A DNA stretch of 64,000 nucleotides from Nemertoderma westbladi (Eukaryota; Animalia; Xenacoelomorpha). The DNA lies in contig JAUCBJ010006757.1 in NCBI GenBank assembly GCA_032718475.1, forward strand, positions 1 to 64,000, in the 5' to 3' direction. This document shows, piece by piece, positions 26,014 to 36,400 of this stretch; position 1 is the first letter of the stretch, and each line of letters begins with the position of its first letter. Below the pieces are notes generated by a model. It saw nothing but the letters and a program-made list of their open reading frames with translations. It was not told the origin of the DNA and searched no databases. The translations under genes and the position numbers were made by a program.

Positions 26014-27187
26014 TGTTTGCGCTTTTAAGACCTTTGACAGTTTAACCTGCCAAAATTAGAATGTCTTTTGGATGATAGATAGTCTTTAGCCTATGACGAG
26101 TATTTGATACACTACATTAGCCGAAGCCAGTCTATGCGCAATCATTCACCCGTTGGATATACCCGGGAGACTGAGTTCGGGGCTTAATGATTGATGGTGT
26201 AAGCCTACTGTATTATTCGACTGATCGTAATATATAATCTCTGACAAATATTATTCACTTTCGGGAAATATTAACAGTTCCTTTAGGACGTGGCGCTCTA
26301 AATATATAAACAGAGTTATGACTTAAACTAGACACAACGAAAAGGCTATAGATTCACGTATATGGCACATTCTTTAGGAGATGTTTTGTTATCAGTTACA
26401 CTCATACACAATGCTGCACAATACTGCACACTAATCTGCCGACCTTCACTAAATTTGGTCACGTATAAAGAGAGCAACAGACAATTTATGTTGGGCATAT
26501 GAAATAGCATTAGATTCACTTCAAACCACTCAACATAGGTCGCAATCGTTTATCTGTAACCGGTCTCTCTAACCTTTAGTATATCAAGAAGGTGGGGTGT
26601 CTGACTATTGATCAGTATTCCGATATAATATTTCATCAACCAATATAATGAATAACCGACAGTAAAAGCAGTAATATTAATGTATAAATGATTATTAAGT
26701 GAATGAGTTAACTTGTGTAACTCGTGAGTAGTTAAGATAACAGATATACGTTCTATAATTGAGCCTACTAATGTAAGACTAAAGACTGAAACACGGAGGT
26801 GCCAAAAGCCGGTTCTTAGGCTCTGGGCAAAAACATAACACTGAACTACTGAGTTCTGTATACACCTCCAACACAGAGACAAAAAACGCTCTGATTGGTC
26901 AACCGAACAACGAGAGAACAAAGAAACAAAGAAACGTCGACGTGGCAATATCAGCTGTTAGCCGTCGTCATGGTAGCGACACTGTTTTCAAGAGTATCCA
27001 GCTTATCGCGTCACGAGATTGCGGATTATGTCCTCTAAAGTACAAATACAGTACAAATACAGAAGAAATGACTTTTATGTCCTCTAAAACACCAGTACAG
27101 CAAGGACACGGCCTTTTTATGCCTGGCAAACCAACTACAGAGTACTTTAAGGGAAAATAACCGGTTAATGACGCAAAAGCTTTTACA
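26014..27187 (-). repeat. 3' LTR of copy B (1174 bp)
   Basis: Direct repeat of 40906-42074, differing by about 14 substitutions and 3 small indels by eye. Confidence 0.97.
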
Positions 27188-27197
27188 CCGCTCCCAG
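27188..27197 (-). other. Polypurine tract of copy B
   Basis: Minus-strand ctGGGAGCGG abuts the 3' LTR. Confidence 0.75.
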
Positions 27198-27265
27198 AAA
27201 ATGGGATTTAAGTCTATAAAATATAACAAATCACAGTTTCTAAAATATAAAAATACTCTAAACAG

Positions 27266-28784
27266 TTAGTCTTTCTTACGCAGACGGCGTTTACGCAGTT
27301 TTTTGAGGCTAGCAAGAGTCCTTTTCTCTTTGGGGCGAGCCACTTTACTAGGAGGGCTATAAATCCTGGGTGAAGGGTGCAATATGATTGCATCAGAAGG
27401 TGTAGGATTATGGTCGGGGTATCCGCCGTTTCGATATGCTTCTCCTCGAGCTGATTTTCCTCCGCTCGTAGCTGGATACGTTCATCCAAAAACTCTCGCA
27501 GAGAATGGGGTTGTCTAAGTTCGATATCTTCTTAGAGATTCTGGATTTCACAATCGAACTGAGATAAAGACAATTCGTTTATCGCTTGGACTTGCTGTTA
27601 CAACTTACGTTTATCTGAACAAACGCAGGTTTCCTTTCTGATCTTTGTAGAATAGCGTTTAACTCGTTTGGTACAACGTTCTCCGCCACTTTGGTGACAG
27701 GTTATATCGTGTTAAGCCGGGACGATGGTAAGGGTTAAACGGCGATATTAAATGTCCGCGTCCCAATCCGGCTAGGTAGGATGGGCTAATATCTAGGAAG
27801 CCCACAACTGGGGTGCCACCGACTAATTGTTCAGGTAACACTAGATCTTTGAGCAGTGAGTACAGCTCGGGAGGATCCGTCATACTAATAGGATCAAGAA
27901 TCTGAAGTCTCACTAGGGAATGAGGAGTTCTGATCGAGTATTCCGAAACTCTGATCATAGGTTTATTTAAGGATCGTCTGAGTCGAACGAGCGTAGGGGA
28001 TACATCAAACAAGTTTCGCTCGAAACTCCCGTAAGTATAGCGAGTAAAACCGTGTTTAAAGCAACGTCTCCGCGGATGTTTATGTCTTTCCGTTTGTTGG
28101 TTGGGTCTTGGGCATTCATCGCAATAATACCAAAACGCACGTCTTGTAGGGGAAACGCGAGTGATCTTTCTCCAGCTTACAATATTCCTCCATCCGTTCG
28201 AAGCTATCCGGTACAACAGGTAGCGATCGATCGGCGGTAAGATACATCATAGTGGAATAGAGCCGTTTGAGTCCTACCATGCGGTCATGATGTATACCTT
28301 GAGGATATCGAGTTTCTAGATTCTGTTGACTGGTAATATCGAGATAGGTTTCTCTCAAGAATTCCAGGTATTTGGTGAAGTCGCTGCGTTTATCCGGCTC
28401 TTCGACATCTGCACTTTCGAGTCGGTTTCGAATAGAATTTTCGTGTTCGAGTCTCAGTTCGTCGTTCCGCTTCCGCTGGGTATGATATTTAAATAAACCA
28501 TTTCCCTTTGGTGTCTATATCGTTCGTATCGTGTAGGTCGATAGGATGACCAGTAGTTAAGAAGTCCATATACATACCATTACGATGCGTATAGCGAGCG
28601 GTAAATTTTCTACAGTCCAACCCACGCGCAAGTTGCTCCCGGGAGATTGGCGGTTAGATATAACGACATCGTCCTCCGTAGTAGTTGGACCAGCGTCGCC
28701 GCGTATCAAGCTATCAACAAACGCTTGTAAAGGTAGAGTATATCGCTCCCTGATACCAAGATCATCTTCTATCAACTCAATCAT
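27266..28784 (-). pseudogene. Extra 3' ORF (ORF2) of copy B, frameshifted, with a deletion of roughly 180 bp near the C-terminus
   Basis: Pieces 28784-28557, 28358-28116, 28216-27659 and 27489-27266 are homologous to A (MIELIEDDLGIRERYTLPLQAFVDSLIRG; WYYCDECPRPNQQTERHKHPRRRC; basic KKLRKRR tail). Confidence 0.75.
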
Positions 28785-30426
28785 ATCTGCTATATAAGTT
28801 TATCCATATTATAATGAGTTCATATTTAGGCGAGCGGGCGTCGCTGCCTACCCCTCTCTGCCCCCGGACAGTGCGAGATCCTCAGCGCTGGTGTACTTTC
28901 GCCGATGTGCCTATCGCCAACGTCGTAGCTGCACAACGACCACAACAACCAGCACGAGCCACTCCACCGTCCGTCCCAAAGGCTTAGATATACTTCAGGT
29001 TCTTACTGGAGAGTTAGGGTTACTTTCACAATTGCGACTCGCTACTGTAAACACACCTTAGTAGTAACATTCACCTACAAACGCACAAATTCCACGTAAC
29101 AGTCACAAATGGTACACATTCTATCACACATTCGGGTCATTTGTCCGTTAGTCAAGTGCCTTCCAGAATGTCACGTTGTTATTATGTATCCTTGGATACT
29201 AGCGGTGTGCTATTTATTCCGTATGTTATTCAATACGCAAGCCCTTTATTGTTCTTTTAACTCACTTCTAATTCTAGCGTGGTTGTTGCCATGGTGACAT
29301 TATGGAAAGCTAGCGGTAGAATTAGGGTAATTCTCATGCATACAGATCTGGGATGCTATTTAATAGTAATTCTTTAATGGTCAATATCCCTTTTATACAT
29401 GATTCTATGAATTTTATCGGCTATTGACTATACATTGGAGATTCTCGCACACAAATACACTTAATAGAGTGAATCTCCGCTCCCATGATCTATTAATTAA
29501 TGGAATTTTGGGAATGTTATAAATTGTATAAAATGACAATTTATTAATTCATTGAAATATATGAATTTAAATTTATTCCCGGAAATTTTATTATTTAATG
29601 TTAAATAGACACAATTTGATTCCAGAGCAGGTCTGGGGACATAGGATCCTTAATTCTAGGAATTTTGTCCTTTTAAGAGTATCGGTAAGTGCTACGATAT
29701 CTTAATCGACTAGAATTTTAAAGGATCTGATATTTGACAGAATTTTGTAAATATTAATAATTAATATTTATGATGGGCACCAGTTTATTCCAGAACTTGT
29801 CTGGGGACGTTAACCATTGATTCTAGAAATTTGTCTTTCAAGTATATCGGTGGGTGCCGCGATATCTTAATCGACTAGAATTACAGATGGTCAAAGGGTT
29901 TAACAGATTTATTTTGCGTTATACGCTACTGTTAAAGGGACATCACGCTACTATATGTATTATTTAATATACGGTATGAGAGCAATATCGCACGAAGCAA
30001 TGTCAGTGTGAAGAGGCAAGTCGTTTCCAAGGTCTACCCAGAGCTTGGTTTAGCCGAGACACGAGGATCTGAACTTTGCATTCCTAATACTCTGCCTACC
30101 AATAATACTTGAATATAGTAGTGGCTTTATTGTACTTTAATAAGTACGGACATTTCATCTTACTGTAGTTACGTATTTATAATATAATACGGACAGTAAG
30201 GAAAGAGAAAAACACTTGTTTCTCACCGTCACACTAAATATAATATAAGTAATTACGTACGCAATAAACACGAATATATTGCACTATTCTACTCAATAAT
30301 CGCTAAATAATATTCTACTAAATTAAATAAAACGATTATAATAAAATTACATAGTAATACATACATAAATATAAAAATAATAAAATAATATAAAATAATA
30401 GAGTCACACGCCCACTCCGAACGATA

Positions 30427-33400
30427 TTAAGTTGGGGAGTCCCTAGATGTGGGTTGGATTAGGGAAGTGGTCGTGGGAAGAGTTTCTTGCCTTCCATAGT
30501 TTCCGGAGAGCTCTCTGTCTCTTTCCAGTAAACATAAACGACCCACTGGGCGGTTGATCTGTTGAGTCTCAAAGACTATCCCTGGTTTCTTAAAGTTACG
30601 CCGCATGACGACGAGTTCTACTGATCGCACCAAACCATCGCTCGAGATATGAGTCTCGATGATACGTCCTGTTTGCCATCGCTTACGTGGGAGATTGGGG
30701 TCCACAATAAGCACCATGTCTCCAGCGCTGACGTTTTCTTGCTGCGCAAACCACTTAGTTCGAAGTTGTAGAGTGGGCAGGTAATGTTTCTCGAAATGGT
30801 CAGCGAAACGACGGGATAGCAACTGCATAAGTTGCCAGGTTCGACGGCAGTACTCGTCTCCGTCTGTGATCTCCGATCGTGGGAGCATGGCTACGGGTTT
30901 CTTCAGTAGAAAGTGCGCGGGTGTTAGCGCTTCCTGGGAATCAGGACTTGAAGAGACTGGCATAAGCGGTCTTTCGTTGAGATAGGCGGCGATTTCCTCC
31001 ATTAACGTCCGCAATAGTTCGTCGGTGAGATAAGCGCGACAAGGTACAATAAAGTGGAACGCAGTCTTCACGCTCCTAATCAATCTCTCCCAACTTCCTC
31101 CCCACCAAGGGGCGTCGGCGGCGTTGAAGGTCCAGCTAGACGCTGTTATCTTTAGCTGATCGTCCACCTGTCTTTTGTTCCAGTCCTTTACGTAAGCTTG
31201 AATTGCGTTGTTGGCGCCAATGAAGTTCGTTCCCTTATCCGATCTCATTGTGTTACTGGTTCCGAAACGAGCGATCTGTCGTCGTAAACTCAACACGAAG
31301 CTGTTGGTGGATAGATCGTTTACCATATCGAGATGGATAGCTCTACAAGTCATACAAACGAAGATGACACACCATCTCTTGACTATAGTCCGGGCACGAT
31401 ATACTTCAATAGGGCCAAATAAATCCACACCGGTATTAGTAAAGGGTGGTTCGTAGAAGCTTACTCTTTCCCTAGGTAATTCTGCCTCTCGCTGTGTCAA
31501 AGGCCTACTGAATGCTTTCCTACAAGGTATGCAGTTCCTAAGGACTTGGTTCAGAGCCCTACGGGGTTTATAAAAATAGAAGCGAGTTCGAATTTCGCTC
31601 AGAACTCGTTCTCTTCCAGCATGATACAGTTTGCTATGAACATCTACAATCATCTTGATTTGTATGTCAAGATTTCTAATGAGTATGGGAAATTTAGTGT
31701 CAAAGGATAATGGGGCGTTGGTAAGCCTACCTCCAACACGTATTAACCCATCTATCATGGTACTAGAGAAGCGATCCCTTAAGCGCATCTGCGGATTTCT
31801 TAACAACAGGAAATACTTATCGGAATCCTCATAGCATTGTAGGAGTCTTAGCATCTGTTTGTTGGTTTCATCATGCTCCTGGTAACTGATCTTCTCCTTT
31901 AGAAACCTGTCGGATATCTTGTATTTGGGAAGATCTTTAACAACATGGACTCGTGCAGACGTTGATGGAGCATCATCACTATTGGTCTTTGTCCCGGAGT
32001 AACGATGATGAAAACATCGTTTTAAATAGGTGACGGCTTTACAGAGCCGATTCCAGGAGCTGTAGTGACGTATCGCTCTCTGCAAGAGGGGTGAGAGTCC
32101 TTGCGCGATATCTGGTATTCCAGATTTCCAATCCTTGTCACGGATTTCCAAGACTTCTTTAGTCGTGGCGGTGGGTTTCTGATCCAAAGCATCCTCTCCG
32201 GAAGTAAATAATACAGATAGATCAACCGCAGGTTTAAACAACTTCGATTTACTCGCTCGAGTTTTGGGTTTAACTTTCTCCGCTCCCTTGGCCTGTCTGA
32301 TCTCTGCTGTTGTGAGATGGGGAGGCCATTCTTCTTCTTCTCGGTAGAGAAAGTCGGGTCCACCTAACCATTCGGGAGTGTTTACCAATTCCTTTGGAGT
32401 CGCTCCTCGGGAAGCGATGTCTGCTGGATTAATCGTTCCGGGGCAATGTCTCCATTGGTCCATCGTCGTGCGACTAAGTATGATGGCTACTCTGTTGGTA
32501 ACGAAGACGCTGAACTGACAGACTTCATTGGTTATATACTCTAACACGAGTAAAGCGTCGGTCCAATAGACAGTTTTCTCTAATGGATAGTCAATCTGTT
32601 CTGTTACATTCCGGCCGATGGCTGTAGCGTATAGAGCCGCTTTTAACTCCGCTCGAGGAACTTTCAACTTGTTGTTGATTAATGCCTTAGAAGTAACCAA
32701 GGCGACTTTGATTCCATCCGGAGTTTCCACTCTTAGATAGGCTACTATACCTATTCCCATATCGCTGGCGTCTCCAAACACATGGAGTTGATAGGAATAC
32801 GTAGGGAGAACATGACCAAAATATGAATGGGAAATTATAAAATCCTCGATAGCCGGCAGAGAATCTTCCCATTTCATCCACTTCTTTAATAATTCTCCCT
32901 TAAGTGGATCGTCCCATGAGTGGTTCTCAAGCCACATTTGTTGTACCAAACTACGAGCAATCAATATAACTGGGCTAATAAATCCCAATGGATCGAAATA
33001 AGTGCTCAGTATACTTAAGCAAATCCGTTTGGTTCGAACTGGATTATCTCGCTGTTTTAGCTGGAAAAACAGGATATCTCGCTCTGTGTCCCATTTCAAG
33101 CCGAGTGTCTTGGTTTCTGGCAGATCATCTTTGATCAAATCTAGATCTTTCGCCCCTCGATCTTCCGCAGGGATCGACTCCAGAAACTCACGGGAGTTGC
33201 TGGTGAATTTCGTTAATCGAAACCCACCTCTTTTTAAGCACTCTACCGTTCCTTTAGCGACCTCAATGGCTTCTTCAACTGATGGGAGGGACTTCAGATT
33301 ATCATCCATGTATATGTCCCGCTTGATGTTGTCGATCACTTCCTTAGAGAAGGCCTCTCGGTTGTCCTCTGCAGTGGTACGCACTACCGAACAGGCGTTG

Positions 33401-36400
33401 GAAGGGCTTGAGATTATCCCAAAGGCCTGGATGGTCATCCAGTACTCCACCGGTTTCTGGTTGAGGTCTCCTTCGGGCCACCACAGAAATCGTAGACTAT
33501 CTCGATCCCTATCTAACACCTTGACTTGTAAGAACATGCCTTCTATATCGGAGGCGAAAGCAATCGAATATTGTCTCAATCTTAAAAGAATTCCCAACAA
33601 AGATTGAAGTAAGTTGGGTCCGGGTAACAATTCAGAGTTAAGGGATTGACCCATGTAAAGAGCGGAGCCATCAAACACTACTCTCACTTCATGTGGCTTA
33701 CCGGGTTTAGGGACGTAATGGTGAGTTAAGTAATACGTTCTTTCAGTCACAGGTGTTTCTTCCGGTACTCTCTCCGCGTATCCCTTACTAATAAATTTAT
33801 CCAGCTGTGTTTGATACATTTCTTTAGCTGAAGAATTAGCCGTAAGGCGTCGATGGAGTTGCGCGATTCTTTTTTCCGCCAAGGGTCTGTTATTGATGAA
33901 CTTCGGTTCTCTCTTGCGGAAAGGTAGACCGACTTCATACCTACCTTGATCTTTGAGGAAACGCGTAGTGGTTTCTTGGATCTGCTTGGCCCTTTCCTCT
34001 TCCACCGATAAGGCTTTATCGTAGGAATTGGGCTCTACCGCCTCTTGCGTAAAGAATCGTACGGCATGTTCATCTCGAGTCTTGGCATTACAACGCTCAA
34101 TGACGTCATTTAGCTCGTCGTTATAAGCTTCTTGTTCAGATGGATAAAGAAGTTGACATAAGTTCACTTGGTTTTGCCAAGCCTCATTTTCCTTAAGGAG
34201 ATCGATGGTATTCTCCTCATCAAAAAGCTGGTGAACGTCGTCGTTATCTGAGGAGTATGGGGTTCCCGCAGTTAAATCATCTCCCTCACTAGTATCATCT
34301 TCCCATTCACTCACCTGGCAGACGCGCTCTTGCGGTAGTCTTTCTCTGAGTGTTCTACGGGAAGGGCCAGTGAAGTACCAACCTACTCTAGTTCTTACCG
34401 CATAGGTCTGTAGTGGTTGCGGTTGAGCAGGCCGTTTCTCTAATGTCTCCAGCGCCTCATGCGCGTTTTGGCCGATGAGTATTTGCACTCCAGGATAATC
34501 AGTCTGGAATCGAGGTATGTTAAGATGTTGGATGCTCTCATCCTCGTCCCAATTATAAAGGTCTGCTTGAGTAGTAGCGAAGTTCTTTATAGCCACCATT
34601 TTCACTGACCTTATGCTATGTTCTCCTAGTTCGTCTTGTGGGGTGGACAACGCACCTACATAATAATCAGCTGTTACTGTAGATTTCCAAACTTGCATAA
34701 TGCCGGACATGTTTAGCTTAGTTCGGAACTTGGGTTGTCCAGCAAATATGTCTTCGGCTAGCTCTTTGTCGATGAATGTTCCTGTACTACCGGAGTCAAG
34801 GAGGGCGTTCACTACATAACTCCTCTTAGGTCCGTGAACCCTTACCTGTACCACAGGAAACTCTCGGATCCCTACATTGGAAGATGGCTCTTTCCAAGAT
34901 GGTTGTCTATCAGAAGTAGTTAGAGTGAAGTCGCTGTCTGTATCTTTTTCATATGTGAGTGCTCGATACACTGCGGTATTTATCATGTAACAGGATTCGT
35001 TTTCGTCGGAGAACTCGTCCGTATAGAATCCTTCCATCTCAGATTGATCAGTGTCGTTCACATCACTGAATTGGACATGTAGTTCGGAATCACTTACCTG
35101 ATTCGGACTATTTCGCTCGAATTCAGCGTGCAACAAGATATGATGTTTCGCACCACACTTTGCACACCTTATGTCCGAGTAACAGGTTCGCCGTTGGTGT
35201 CCTTGTCTGAGGCAATTATAACATAACCGCTTATCCCACATGACTTCTCGTCTCTCCGTTAATGATTTCTTCAGGAATTCCTCACACATATTCAAACGGT
35301 GGGTCCCGTCACATAGCGCACATTTCGGTTTGATGTTACTCACCTTAATCTGAGTCACATTGTGTACACTTGCTTTTTCTTCGGGCTTTCTCACCTGAAT
35401 TCTCTTGGGAGACGTAGGAGGAGTTTTTCTGACCTGTTCTCTCCTGTCATTTGTTCGAGACTTGAATTTACTTACCTGATCTTTAGGCATTTTATTTACG
35501 TAATAAGATCTATCAGTGTCTTTCCCGCTATCTTCTCCTTGAGAAGTCTGGCTTTCGCCGTCGTCTGTATAACACACTGGTGTTACCTTTCTCCTAGAGA
35601 CGGGTTTTTCACTTACCTTGTTTTCCGGTGTCTTCTCTCTGGACAGTTTCAGGAGCTGTAATTTCACTTCTCCATCTAGGAATGACATGAGATCAGCCAT
35701 GGTAGGGTCTCGTCGTTGTTGTTCCATCATATATAACACTTTCTTATCCCAGCGTGTACCTACTCCACCCTTCGGTAAAGTAGAAGCCACTGCTCTAATA
35801 ACCATAGCATTCTGATACTCATGAGACTTACCTAGCCAATCTAATTGTCTACAGATCTCCTGAATCTCATCGGAAAACTCTATAATTCCGCTGCTAATAA
35901 ACTTTCGGGGCGCTACCAACTTTGCATACAAATACCCAGCTATGTTATTCCTATTACCATACCTGATGTTTAGTGTATCCCAAACTTGTCTTAATCCGTC
36001 TGGATGTCCAATAAACTTTAACGCCATTAACTTGGGAGATCCTTCCAAGCACTCGATGAGGAATCTAAGTTTCTCTCCATTAGATAGCACAGAGTTCTGT
36101 ATGTTATCTTTGTAATATTCATTAAAAGGTAACCATTTCATCTCATCTCCATTGAACTTGACGATCTCTCCCACCTTTACCGCTTGCCGGGCTTCGGTTC
36201 TAGCCATTTGACGCGTAAAACTTTCTTGGGCCATCGTGTTATTTAATATCGAGTTATCGGTATATAAATTTCTCGGATTATGATCTGGTCTATAGGGAAT
36301 ATCATTATCAACAGGTCTATAATTACCCTTAATAGGGTTCACTATAGGAGTTTCTACTTCGCTAGCAGTATAGATGCGTGTAGGCTCCACACCTTGCGCA

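Noticed and set aside
26550-26948. 132-aa ORF inside the B LTR
   Set aside because: It is disrupted by indels in the other LTR copy and not conserved in the A or C LTRs.
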